Shown here piece by piece: positions 17,154-25,599 of a stretch of 32,000 nucleotides of DNA. Origin of the DNA: Arthrobacter phage RcigaStruga; sequence record KX576640.1; one strand, 5' to 3'. Numbering within the stretch: position 1 is the stretch's first letter; each line of letters opens with the position of its first letter. The notes under the pieces were generated by a model. It searched no databases. It saw nothing but the letters and a program-made list of their open reading frames with translations, and was not told the DNA's origin. A program made the translations under genes and the position numbers.

Positions 17154-17504
17154 ATGTTCAAGGTAATCGGAGAAAACTCACTCACCGGCAACAAGTGGGA
17201 CTGCGAGGTGGATATCGCCACCCGAGAAGAGGCCAACCGCATCCGCAGCGGCTACAAGAGCTTGGAGTCGGACTACAAGATTACCTACTACGTGGTACAG
17301 GAAGTCAAGACCAAGACCCGCCACTCAATCCCAGCGTCCGAGGTCAAGATCGAGGACGAGCTGCTCACCGACGAGGGCTGGGTAGTCGTCGGAGGAACCA
17401 TGACCACGGCTGGTATGGACAGCAACGAAATCGGCCTGTTCACCCCCAAGGGCATGATCACCTGCGCACCCAACGCAACCGTTAACGTAAGGAGGGCAGA
17501 CTAA
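17154..17504 (+). CDS. Hypothetical protein
   Basis: RBS TAAGGAGCC; 116 aa MFKVIGENSLTGNKWDCEVDIATREEANRIRSGYKS... Confidence 0.7.
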   Translation: MFKVIGENSLTGNKWDCEVDIATREEANRIRSGYKSLESDYKITYYVVQEVKTKTRHSIPASEVKIEDELLTDEGWVVVGGTMTTAGMDSNEIGLFTPKGMITCAPNATVNVRRAD

Positions 17505-17849
17505 ATGCCGAAGATCCCCAAGCGACCACCGATCACAGAGCGAAGCGAGGCGAGAGAGGAGATCTCCTCTCTCATGCGCCTGAACTGGATGGAGGACGCG
17601 TCCAATAACGCGGTCCACTTCGCGGGAGGGTACCGGGACGAGCCGTTCAAGGCGCAAGCCACACTAGAACTCCGGGACGCGCACCGGCTGATGCTGGAGC
17701 TGATGCACGACCCAGAGACCAAGGGAGGCCGGGACCTCGGGGCCAAGTACGTAGCCCGGAGAGCCGAGCAGCTCCAGAACAGCTACCAGCCAGTAGTAAA
17801 CCAGAATGACTGGAAGCCCGTAAACACCGAATCCGAACCACCATTCTAG
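17505..17849 (+). CDS. Hypothetical protein
   Basis: 114 aa ORF abutting the upstream stop; GTAAGGAGGG just upstream. Confidence 0.65.
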   Translation: MPKIPKRPPITERSEAREEISSLMRLNWMEDASNNAVHFAGGYRDEPFKAQATLELRDAHRLMLELMHDPETKGGRDLGAKYVARRAEQLQNSYQPVVNQNDWKPVNTESEPPF

Positions 17850-17858
17850 GAGAATGAA

Positions 17859-18203
17859 ATGACAACAACAGTTGATGTACACTACGAGGACGGCTCCGGT
17901 CGCGCGTATGCATTCAAGACCCAGATACCCGGCCTCACAGAGGGCGACGCGGTACTAGTGAAGGACCGCTCCGGGATTCACGTGGCAGCGGTCGTCCGCT
18001 CACCCTCCCTGAACCCCGGGAAGGCCAGCGCGTGGGCCTTCCAGAAGGTGGACCTCGACGCACTCAAGCGCTGCGAGAACCGGGACCGAGTGCTCGGTCT
18101 CATCAAAATCCGGGTGGCAGAACGTCAGGCCCTGGATTTGGCCTACAAGCTGGCCGAGGAAGACCCCGAACTAATGGCACTAGTACAGGAGCTGGAAGCA
18201 TGA
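17859..18203 (+). CDS. Hypothetical protein
   Basis: RBS AGGAGAATGAA; 114 aa. Confidence 0.65.
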   Translation: MTTTVDVHYEDGSGRAYAFKTQIPGLTEGDAVLVKDRSGIHVAAVVRSPSLNPGKASAWAFQKVDLDALKRCENRDRVLGLIKIRVAERQALDLAYKLAEEDPELMALVQELEA

Positions 18204-18436
18204 GCACCCACTACACCGCGAGGGTAGACATCGTGAAGGTCACCAAGACCAACATCAACAGTCGCGACCCCCAAGGCCAGCGTGATAAAGAAGAGATCAT
18301 GAACGTCACCCTCCGGGACGAGTCGCTCCCGGCACTGGTCCGCAAGGTCACCGCAATCATGGAGGTCAACGTCCCGACCCCCGCACAGGAGTTCGTAGTC
18401 AATCTCACCAAATCAGTCAAGGAGGAACAGAAATGA
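18200..18436 (+). CDS. Hypothetical protein
   Basis: ATG overlapping TGA (ATGA) at 18200; MSTHYTARVDIVKVTKTNINSRDPQGQRDKEE...; ORF-track start (18032) over-extended. Confidence 0.6.
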   Translation: MSTHYTARVDIVKVTKTNINSRDPQGQRDKEEIMNVTLRDESLPALVRKVTAIMEVNVPTPAQEFVVNLTKSVKEEQK

Positions 18437-18864
18437 ACAAGAAACTCTGGGCCGCAATCGGGGCCTCCTGCCTCGTAGCGGGCGCAATCGGTGCCGCTGC
18501 AGGTACCACTCCCACGGCTCCGGTGGCGGCACCCGTAGCCTCTCAGACCCCGAAGGCCACTAGGACCCCCGCGCCCGCTCCGAGTCCCTCCGTGGCCCGC
18601 GTAGCCCCTACGCCGACTAAGGCCGTCAACGAGTACGTCCAGTACGTCCGGGACAACACCTCCACCCTGGCCCCAATGACCGACGGCGAGATTATTCTGC
18701 TCGCCAAGGACGCATGCAAGCGGCTGGAAGCCGGGAGCGACTACCCGACCGTAGTAGCTATCGCGGCTGCAGGGTCCGATGATCCGACGTTCGTAACTCA
18801 CGACCTGCCGATCCTGATCGGTGCAGGTGTGGTCCGCTACTGCGACGAATACAGGATCGGCTGA
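18433..18864 (+). CDS. Putative secreted/anchored protein (DUF732-like)
   Basis: Signal/TM segment MNKKLWAAIGASCLVAGAIGAAAG, Pro/Thr linker, then ITMTDGEIILLAKDACKRLEAG-type domain (MTDGEIILLAKDACKRLEAGSDY...). Confidence 0.65.
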   Translation: MNKKLWAAIGASCLVAGAIGAAAGTTPTAPVAAPVASQTPKATRTPAPAPSPSVARVAPTPTKAVNEYVQYVRDNTSTLAPMTDGEIILLAKDACKRLEAGSDYPTVVAIAAAGSDDPTFVTHDLPILIGAGVVRYCDEYRIG

Positions 18865-19130
18865 TGGACTGGCTCTGGTTCCTGCTCTGGATCGTGACTT
18901 TCGCCGTCGCCATGTACTACTGGTACCGGTGGCGGGAGGAGCGGTCCCAGCGCGAGCTGAAAGAAGCTTCGGACTTGAACGACGCGGAATTCAGCAGGTC
19001 ATACGCACGCTACCGGCAAGCCCAGTGGGCGGACTACCGGGTGTGGAAGAAAGCCAACCCCGAGGCCGACGCTACGGACTGGCCCGGGTACATTTCACAT
19101 GAGGAGTGGCGTCGTGCCGAAGATAACTAA
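18864..19130 (+). CDS. Small membrane protein
   Basis: 88 aa with N-terminal TM MDWLWFLLWIVTFAVAMYYWY. Confidence 0.6.
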   Translation: MDWLWFLLWIVTFAVAMYYWYRWREERSQRELKEASDLNDAEFSRSYARYRQAQWADYRVWKKANPEADATDWPGYISHEEWRRAEDN

Positions 19131-19296
19131 AGAGCGTGCTATACTGACCGTTCTGGACCACGTAGACCCGGAGGACATCGGGTGGATCGCCGGAGCCTTG
19201 CTGGGCCAAGCCATGGCCCACAAGATGTTGGGCAAGTACGACCAGAAATCAATCAAGGAGTGGAAAGCCGCAGATGCCCGCAATACAGATAGTTAG
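19114..19296 (+). CDS. Small hypothetical protein
   Basis: Probable GTG start at 19114 (MPKITKERAILTVLDHVDPEDIGWIAGALLGQAMAHKMLGKYDQKSIKEW...), overlapping neighbours at both ends. Confidence 0.5.
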   Translation: MPKITKERAILTVLDHVDPEDIGWIAGALLGQAMAHKMLGKYDQKSIKEWKAADARNTDS

Positions 19297-20209
19297 CTAT
19301 TCGGAGCTGGACTCGTTCCGGCAATGCCCGCTAAAACACCTGCTGTCCTACAAGCAGCGGTGGACCAAAGAGAAAGCCGAGGACTCCGCGCTCGGCAAGG
19401 GTACCCTGTGGCACAAAGTCATGGAGGACCACCACCTCGTGCTGCAGCGGCACCAGCAGGAGATGAAGTTCCGGACTCCGACCCCACAGCAGGCCCGGGC
19501 GATCCTCGGGGAGGCACGGGACGCGGTACGGAAGCACTTGGAGGAGCCGGGGGGCTTCCAGTCCCCAACCCAGGAGCTAATCGAGTGGGTGTACGCCGGT
19601 TACGTCGAGTTCCATGGGGTGGACGACGAGTGGATGATCCTCGGAGTGGAGCTGCCCGCGCAGGTCCCGCTGCCTTGGCCGGACGGACGACCGAGCCACT
19701 ACCACCTGAAACTTAAGATTGACCGCCTGATCAAGTCCAAGCGGGACGGCCAGCTCTGGATCGAGGACCACAAGTCCGGGGCGAACAAGCCCAGCATGTT
19801 TGAGCTGCAGCTCGACGACCAATTCGGCCTCTACACTTGGGCTATCAAGACGCTGGGTCACGAAGTGATGGGGTCGATCCACTCCTACAGCCGGACCACC
19901 CGCAACACCGCCGACCATCCGGGGTACGAAGGTAAGCTCAAAGCGCAGACGCTGGAGGATCGGAACGAGCGGTATTACTTGAACCGGTCCGACCGTGAGA
20001 TTAAAGCGCTGGCCGACGACGCATTTGCCGCTGCCCGCAACGCCTACCCGCCCAAGTCTCTGCAGCTTCCACTTTATTCGGCACCGGACGTTCGTCAGTG
20101 TGGCTGGAAGTGCGACTACAAGGAGGCTCACCTCATGTTGCGTGAGGGCCTGTCCATCGAACACGTGATGAAGGCCGAGGGCTTCCATCAGGACTTCACG
20201 AGGCACTAA
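19274..20209 (+). CDS. Cas4/RecB-like PD-(D/E)XK exonuclease
   Basis: 311 aa; IVSYSELDSFRQCPLKHLLSYKQRW, KIDRLIKSKRDGQLWIEDHKSGANKP, LQLDDQFGLYTWAI, and C-terminal Cys residues. Confidence 0.85.
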   Translation: MPAIQIVSYSELDSFRQCPLKHLLSYKQRWTKEKAEDSALGKGTLWHKVMEDHHLVLQRHQQEMKFRTPTPQQARAILGEARDAVRKHLEEPGGFQSPTQELIEWVYAGYVEFHGVDDEWMILGVELPAQVPLPWPDGRPSHYHLKLKIDRLIKSKRDGQLWIEDHKSGANKPSMFELQLDDQFGLYTWAIKTLGHEVMGSIHSYSRTTRNTADHPGYEGKLKAQTLEDRNERYYLNRSDREIKALADDAFAAARNAYPPKSLQLPLYSAPDVRQCGWKCDYKEAHLMLREGLSIEHVMKAEGFHQDFTRH

Positions 20210-20211
20210 AA

Positions 20212-20334
20212 ATGTTCACGTCATTTTGTGGCAAAGAGGAAGACCACGTTTCGCACCGGTACTGGATCAATGACGGAGCCGATATGGGAAGCACCGAATA
20301 CACCTGCAACGGATATGGGATATTCAGGATATGA
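20212..20334 (+). CDS. 40-aa ORF not in the supplied track
   Basis: ATG at 20212; MFTSFCGKEEDHVSHRYWINDGADMGSTEYTCNGYGIFRI*, stop overlaps the next ATG (ATGA at 20331). Confidence 0.4.
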   Translation: MFTSFCGKEEDHVSHRYWINDGADMGSTEYTCNGYGIFRI

Positions 20335-20549
20335 CCAAGGACCAAGATCCAGCCGACTCGTTCCTGTCCGACCTGCTCGGAGGCAAGAAACCCGCACCCG
20401 ATCAGATCGTGCCCTCGGAGCCAAGCGCCGATATCAAGGCGCAAACCAAGCACACCGGGGACGTGATGAAAGAGCTGATGCGCAACGGTCTAACCCGCGA
20501 GGAGGCATTCTACATCGTGTCCCGAATGTGGCCGCATCACTGCGGTTAG
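20331..20549 (+). CDS. Small hypothetical protein
   Basis: 72 aa MTKDQDPADSFLSDLLGGKKPAPDQIVPSEPSADIKAQTKHTGDVMKELMRNGLTREEAFYIVSRMW... Confidence 0.6.
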   Translation: MTKDQDPADSFLSDLLGGKKPAPDQIVPSEPSADIKAQTKHTGDVMKELMRNGLTREEAFYIVSRMWPHHCG

Positions 20550-20556
20550 ACCCGGC

Positions 20557-20586
20557 TTGACACCTAGCCAAGCCTAGTGATTAGAT
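20557..20586 (+). promoter_or_regulatory. Candidate sigma70-type promoter upstream of the recombination/replication genes
   Basis: TTGACA (20557-20562), 18-bp spacer, TTAGAT (20581-20586) in the intergenic gap. Confidence 0.5.
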
Positions 20587-20649
20587 AGTGAAGCACCACC
20601 CGACCAGACGGGAGCCGATCTGGAATGATTAAACACGAAAGAGGACGTT

Positions 20650-21705
20650 TTGCCACGCCAAACACCGAAAGCCAAAAACGCTGCGATCGCCGAAGCGATC
20701 CAAGCCACGGCACTCCCCATTGAGACCGAGTACGTACCGGCTGGGGACGACCAGCTCGACGATCTCTTCGCTCCAGTGGACGACATCACCGACCACTACA
20801 ACTTCTGCTTCTACGGGCTGGAAGGCTCCGGCAAGACTACGGCGATTGCGACCGCTGCGAACATCGCTCCGGAGGGAAGCCGGGTTCTGATCATCAACGC
20901 CGAAGGTGGCGTGAAGAAGAAGGCACTTGAACGCCGAGGAATCGACACCAGCAAGATCGTGCTGTGGCCGAATCCGAACAAGGGCGAGAAGGTCACTCGC
21001 AAGGGTATCGAGCGGCTCTACCAGCGCCTCGACGCAGACCTCGCCAAGGACCCGAACTCGTGGTTTGCGATCGGCTGGGACTCCATCACCGAAGTTCACG
21101 CCAAGGTGGTCTCTGATGTGGCGAATGCCCGCATCCAGAGGGCCAGGGATCGCGACGTAGTAATCACCGAGGTGGACGAGTTCTTTACCGACCGCGACGA
21201 TTACGGCGTAATGTCGAAGATGGTCAATGACCTTCTGCGCAAGTTCCGCGACCTGCCCACCCACTTCATCGTGACAGCACTGGAGCGCCGGGACGTGGAC
21301 GAAAAGACCTCCAAGGTGAGCTACGGTCCGGCAATCACACCGGCTCTGCAGACCTCGGTCCTCGGTTACACGGACGTCAACCTCTACTTCAAGGCGGAGG
21401 ACGAGGATGGCCCGTTCCGCGCACTGGTCAAGGGTGTGGGCACCTATCGCACCAAGGACCGGATGGGCGGACTGCCTAAGGTGATCGCCCAGCCTTCCAT
21501 GGAGCGCGTATTGGGCTACATCGACGGCGATATCGAAGAAGGGTCGGACGACCTCCAGAAAACTCTCCCGGCAATCAGGGTGGCGAAGCCCAAGGCGTCC
21601 GGGAAGATCCGCAAGACAGCGGCGGAGAAGAAAGCCGAAGCGGAGGCCGGGACCGAAGAGGTCACGACCGAAGCTGCGGAAGCTGACACCAACGACGACG
21701 ACTAG
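20650..21705 (+). CDS. Sak4/RecA-like P-loop ATPase
   Basis: TTG start with RBS AAAGAGGACG; NFCFYGLEGSGKTTAIATAANIAPEGSRVLIINAEGGVKKKALERRGID; WFAIGWDSITEVHAKVV; 351 aa. Confidence 0.85.
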   Translation: MPRQTPKAKNAAIAEAIQATALPIETEYVPAGDDQLDDLFAPVDDITDHYNFCFYGLEGSGKTTAIATAANIAPEGSRVLIINAEGGVKKKALERRGIDTSKIVLWPNPNKGEKVTRKGIERLYQRLDADLAKDPNSWFAIGWDSITEVHAKVVSDVANARIQRARDRDVVITEVDEFFTDRDDYGVMSKMVNDLLRKFRDLPTHFIVTALERRDVDEKTSKVSYGPAITPALQTSVLGYTDVNLYFKAEDEDGPFRALVKGVGTYRTKDRMGGLPKVIAQPSMERVLGYIDGDIEEGSDDLQKTLPAIRVAKPKASGKIRKTAAEKKAEAEAGTEEVTTEAAEADTNDDD

Positions 21706-21776
21706 CCAGCTCGCGTCATGCAGTACCCGGAGACACAACGCTCCGGCAAAACCAAACCAGATAGGAAACACTAGAA

Positions 21777-22289
21777 ATGCCTAAGCTCAACAAAAAAGCC
21801 GCTGCCGCCGTCGAAACCGCCGAGGCCGTATCGGGAGACTTCGCACTGCTGGACCCCGGCTACTACTTCTGCCAGCTCCACAGCGTTGAGGTACAGGACG
21901 GCAACTACGCTCCCCAGTGGAACGCGACCTTCGAGAACCTCCACAAGAAGGAAACCCTCGAAAAGGTCAGCGGTAAGCAGTTCCACCGCATGAACGTCGT
22001 CACCGAGGACAAGGCCCCGGCCAACTACACCAACGGCGACAAGAAGTGGGCCGGGTTCCTCTCGATGTCCCAGGGCCAGCTCAAGGCATTCTTCGAGGCC
22101 TTCGGCTACACTCCGGACTCGGACACCGACGAAATGATCGGCGAATGGGTCGTGATCAAGGTCGGCATCGAGACCATCCAGAGCGGCGCACGCAAGGGCG
22201 AAAAGACCAACCGCGTGAAGGCACTGGAGGCCGTGCCGGACGACTTCGACTCGACCGAGCTTGAGCCGACCGGCGACGACACCTTCTAG
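21777..22289 (+). CDS. Putative ssDNA-binding protein (DUF669-like)
   Basis: 170 aa immediately downstream of the Sak4-like gene; PGYYFCQLHSVEVQDGNYAPQWNATFENL...GEWVVIKVGIETIQSGARKGEKTNRVKALEAV. Confidence 0.6.
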   Translation: MPKLNKKAAAAVETAEAVSGDFALLDPGYYFCQLHSVEVQDGNYAPQWNATFENLHKKETLEKVSGKQFHRMNVVTEDKAPANYTNGDKKWAGFLSMSQGQLKAFFEAFGYTPDSDTDEMIGEWVVIKVGIETIQSGARKGEKTNRVKALEAVPDDFDSTELEPTGDDTF

Positions 22290-22306
22290 TCCAAGTCGAT
22301 TTAACT

Positions 22307-22343
22307 GCGAGGCCCTCTGTCCACGTCGGGCAGGGGGCCTCGC
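22307..22343 (+). terminator. Stem-loop between SSB-like gene and primase-polymerase gene
   Basis: GCGAGGCCCTCTG (22307-22319) / CAGGGGGCCTCGC (22331-22343), 13-bp stem with one G.U. Confidence 0.6.
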
Positions 22344-22359
22344 CCCTTAGGAGTTTCTA

Positions 22360-24990
22360 GTGGTAAAACTGTCAGACCGCATGTCGGCGGCTCTCGCCGA
22401 ATACAAGCCCGAATCCATGTTGGATTCGGCACTCGCTCTGGCCCGGGAGGGCTGGAACGTGTTCCCTCTTCGACCCGGGACCAAGATCCCGCTGATCGCC
22501 AAGAAAGCTGGAGGTAAGGGTGCACTTGACGGGACAACTGATGAAGATCTTGTCCGAGCTTGGTGGACCAAGTACCCGAATGCGGGAATTGGAGCTAACC
22601 TTGGCGACGACCGGTTGGCGATTGACCTCGATTTCAACCATGGTGCTACCAGACTGGGGTCCCTACCGGATACGCGTACGCACCACTCTGGACGCGGCAA
22701 TGGGAACCTACATCTTATATACCGAGTTGAAGCCGGATCTGCTGGAGCTGCGGTCAAGTCAGGAACTCATGTATTTGGTCCAGGCATCGATATTAGAGCA
22801 GGTCGGGGATCTTACATTGTAATGCCTCCCACGCCACACGAAGAATCTGGCGACCCATACACGCTGGACGAGTTCTTCCGGGACGAGCACACCCTGACGG
22901 ACGACGAGCTGGCCCTGATTTATCAGGAGGCCGGGGTAGCCCAGCCTGCGGCCAGCCGTGGGGCACAGAAGGGACTCTCAGTGGTGGCGGGGGCCAAGAG
23001 CCACAAGAGGCCGATGGAGTCCTACGCGGGTACCCTCGCGGGGCTTCTGGCGGACCCTCCGGGCGAGGGTGGTCGCAACGACTGGTTCACCCGGGTTTGT
23101 GGTTTCGCGGCGAAGAAGGCCAGCAGGTTCAACGACTACGAGATCGAAGTGATCGGGCACGCCGGACGCATGCCTCACCCGCTCCCGATTGAAGAGCTGC
23201 AGAAGACCCTGAACTCGGTCTGGGAGGCGGAACAGGCCAAGCCTGACAAGATCCTGCACGAGGGCAACGGGTTCTTGACCGGGAACAAGGCGCGGCTGTT
23301 CTGTCAGATCTCCTTCAAGGAGGGGGACGAGACGGTTTACGCGCAGGCTCCCTACGCGGACTTCGATATTGAGGCCCGGGGTGTGGCAGTGGACGAGACC
23401 TCCCGTCGCCTGTACTGGGTGCGGATCTACTGGGGCGGCAAGTTCTACGACACGACTCTGCCGGGGGAGACTCTGGGTAATGAGAACGGGTTCAAGACGT
23501 GGCTCGCTGCCCGGGGTATGAGCGTAGACCAACCTTTCATGGCCAGCCCCAAGACGCCACCCGCCACAAGAATCCTCCGGTACCTGAACTCCCAGCACCC
23601 TCCCGAGGTCAAGATCGTGACCACGCTGGGCTACGATGAAGTCATGGACGGATTCGTGACCCATGAGGGCCTGATCACCTCGGAGGGCAAGACCAGCAAG
23701 GAGGAGGCGCACATTGTGGCGGACCCCTCGTTGGTGGAGCGGGACATCGCCCCGTACTCCTACGGGATGGAGCGGGACCGGGCAGAAGCACAACGGGTGC
23801 TGCGGGAGATCCTTTCGTTCCAAGACGAGACGGCGACCTCGGTATTTGGGGCTTGGTGGGCGGCATGCCTGCTGAAACCCCAAATCCAGGACCGCACGGC
23901 ATTGTTCCCGTTCTTCGGGGTGGAGGCCGCGTCGGAGTCGGGCAAGACGAACGGCTTCTTCGATCTGATGGTAGAGCTGAACGGCAACACCCGGGGGCAG
24001 ATCGTCCCGACCCGGCCAGTGCTGCGGGACTACGCCTCGGCCAACAAGAATGGGATCGTCTGGGCGGACGACTTGGACTCGCTGGAGGCGTATGGCGAGC
24101 TGCTCCGGGCGTCCACGTCCAACGGCACCGCTTCCAAGATGGAGGCGGACCGGAACGGCATCCGCAACACGAAGGTGGTCGCCCCGATTCTGGTGACGGG
24201 TGAGGCTTTGGGGTTCGGGACGCAGAAAGCGCTGATCGACCGGTCGGTGGTCCTGAATATTACCAGTCCAAAGGGTAGGCGCTCCAAGCACGACCCGGAG
24301 AAGCTGCAGTGGGAGGACGTACAGGACCTGAGGTCCCAGTACCCCAAGTCCCAGGGTGGATTGAGCGTTCTGGCGGGCTGGTATGTCCAGCACGCGCTGC
24401 AGAGCACGAAACCTGCCCTCAAGGCACTTAACGAGGCGGCTCGGGGGATCCCGGGACGACACGGGGACAAGCTGGCGGTCCTGAGGGCCGGGGCTAGGCT
24501 GCTAGATTCTCTCTTGGGGCACGAGGACCCGTGGAGCGGGCAGGGCGAGCACGCACGCCGGGTGGATGCGTGGGCGGGTGATCACTCTCAGACGCTGGAT
24601 CAGGACAACACCCTGACGATGAAGGTCCTGCCGTGGGCGCTCCGGACGTTCGACTACCCGGAGAAGCCGGAGCGGATCACCGAGGGTCGGTTCCAGTCGC
24701 TGATTACGCCGGTCGTAATTAAAGGTGACCTTGAGTCACTACAGCAGCCCGGGTTGGACGGTTCCGGGGGAGAGATTTTCTATTCTCCGACGCTGTTGGC
24801 GGAAGCTTGGAAGCGGGAGCAGGGCTGGAAGGTTGACGAGCGGACCGAGACGGTATCTGCACTGAGTCAGCAATCCCAGGCTTTGGCTGCGGGGCACAAG
24901 GTGATGCGGGTAGGAGGTAGTTCTCAGAGGTTCCGGAAGCTCCCGGCAGAGTACTTGACAACGGTGCTCCGGCGTGCTGAGGGGTCCTAG
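22360..24990 (+). CDS. Primase-polymerase / SF3-like helicase (bifunctional DNA primase)
   Basis: 876 aa from GTG with TAGGAG RBS; N-term ALAREGWNVFPLRPGTKIPLI...AIDLDFNHG...GRGNGNLHLIY...SYIVMPPTPH (prim-pol); C-term FFGVEAASESGKTNGFFDLM Walker A, GIVWADDLDSL Walker B. Confidence 0.88.
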   Translation: MVKLSDRMSAALAEYKPESMLDSALALAREGWNVFPLRPGTKIPLIAKKAGGKGALDGTTDEDLVRAWWTKYPNAGIGANLGDDRLAIDLDFNHGATRLGSLPDTRTHHSGRGNGNLHLIYRVEAGSAGAAVKSGTHVFGPGIDIRAGRGSYIVMPPTPHEESGDPYTLDEFFRDEHTLTDDELALIYQEAGVAQPAASRGAQKGLSVVAGAKSHKRPMESYAGTLAGLLADPPGEGGRNDWFTRVCGFAAKKASRFNDYEIEVIGHAGRMPHPLPIEELQKTLNSVWEAEQAKPDKILHEGNGFLTGNKARLFCQISFKEGDETVYAQAPYADFDIEARGVAVDETSRRLYWVRIYWGGKFYDTTLPGETLGNENGFKTWLAARGMSVDQPFMASPKTPPATRILRYLNSQHPPEVKIVTTLGYDEVMDGFVTHEGLITSEGKTSKEEAHIVADPSLVERDIAPYSYGMERDRAEAQRVLREILSFQDETATSVFGAWWAACLLKPQIQDRTALFPFFGVEAASESGKTNGFFDLMVELNGNTRGQIVPTRPVLRDYASANKNGIVWADDLDSLEAYGELLRASTSNGTASKMEADRNGIRNTKVVAPILVTGEALGFGTQKALIDRSVVLNITSPKGRRSKHDPEKLQWEDVQDLRSQYPKSQGGLSVLAGWYVQHALQSTKPALKALNEAARGIPGRHGDKLAVLRAGARLLDSLLGHEDPWSGQGEHARRVDAWAGDHSQTLDQDNTLTMKVLPWALRTFDYPEKPERITEGRFQSLITPVVIKGDLESLQQPGLDGSGGEIFYSPTLLAEAWKREQGWKVDERTETVSALSQQSQALAAGHKVMRVGGSSQRFRKLPAEYLTTVLRRAEGS

Positions 24991-25282
24991 TTACAGGCTG
25001 GAGGGCCTCTTCTGTAGACGAGCTGTAGACACGGTTTAGTTTAAGGAAGCCCGAAAGGACGGGATCTGGGAATGACTGGTTACAGAGTTACAATAGTTAC
25101 AATATAGTTTCTTTTTTCATACGTACGGGAGAGGGGATCGGGTCTAGTCCGGTCTCCTCTCCTTTCTTATAAGGGGTCATGCCGGGAGGCTGTAACAGTG
25201 TAACGGATATACTCTCTGGCCCGGAAGGACGCGGCGGGAGACGTATACGGCCATACTGTAAGGCCCCTGTAAGCGGTGTAAC
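24990..25282. repeat. GTTACA/TGTAAC motif array, inverted arrangement, around the terminator
   Basis: GTTACA at 24990, 25079, 25087, 25096; TGTAAC at 25191, 25199, 25277; also CTGTAGAC direct repeats at 25012 and 25023. Confidence 0.6.
25128..25167 (+). terminator. Rho-independent terminator after the primase-polymerase gene
   Basis: GGAGAGGGGATCGG (25128-25141) / CCGGTCTCCTCTCC (25149-25162), 14-bp stem (two G.U), 7-nt loop, followed by TTTCTT. Confidence 0.8.
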
Positions 25283-25293
25283 AGACACCCGGC

Positions 25294-25323
25294 TTGCACA
25301 GTAGGCAAACCTGCTGGTAGAGT
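25294..25323 (+). promoter_or_regulatory. Candidate promoter for the polymerase/purZ operon
   Basis: TTGCAC (25294-25299), 18-bp spacer, TAGAGT (25318-25323) ~40 bp before the first ORF. Confidence 0.35.
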
Positions 25324-25365
25324 AGTCTCCGTACCACAACAACGATCTACAGGAGCCAACACGCA

Positions 25366-25599
25366 ATGAGTGAAGTAAAGATGGAAGCATTCCTCGGACC
25401 GCGCAAGCCGGAGACACTGGCTGTCGGGATGGGCGAGGACGGGGCCTCCGTAGCGGTCGTCCGGGCCTTCCACGACTCCGACGAGTGCGAGTGGGTCGGG
25501 GCCTACCAGACTACAGAGGAGGCCGTAGAGGCGATCCACGAGGCCTCAGGCGGACCGAACACCTACGGGATCGTCTGCTCGGTCCGGAAGGTAAAGTAG
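25366..25599 (+). CDS. Small hypothetical protein
   Basis: RBS AGGAGCC, 77 aa MSEVKMEAFLGPRKPETLAVGMGEDGASVAVVRAFHDSDECEWVGAYQTTEEAVEAI... Confidence 0.7.
   Translation: MSEVKMEAFLGPRKPETLAVGMGEDGASVAVVRAFHDSDECEWVGAYQTTEEAVEAIHEASGGPNTYGIVCSVRKVK

Noticed and set aside
17078-17485. ORF MVYWCFSHPGRGRKAPPTPNILRSQ...
   Set aside because: Runs through a stem-loop and the RBS of 17154-17504; basic low-complexity composition indicates a spurious frame.
17978-17990. Additional parS-like sites at other CACGTG occurrences (e.g. ATTCACGTGGCA near 17978, and others near 12515, 14371, 16579, 28269)
   Set aside because: They match only the CACGTG core with poor arms, so they are expected by chance and were not counted as parS.
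20228-20560. 110-aa ORF overlapping 20212-20549
   Set aside because: Conflicts with the better coupled pair 20212-20334/20331-20549; composition Arg/Ser-rich and shadow-like.
20629-21771. 380-aa minus-strand ORF opposite the Sak4-like gene
   Set aside because: The + strand frame has P-loop and RecA-like motifs and an RBS; antisense frame has no motif support.
22978-24462. 494-aa minus-strand ORF opposite the primase-polymerase
   Set aside because: Antisense shadow in GC-rich DNA; the + strand ORF carries clear prim-pol and Walker motifs while the minus translation is low-complexity-like with no recognisable domain.
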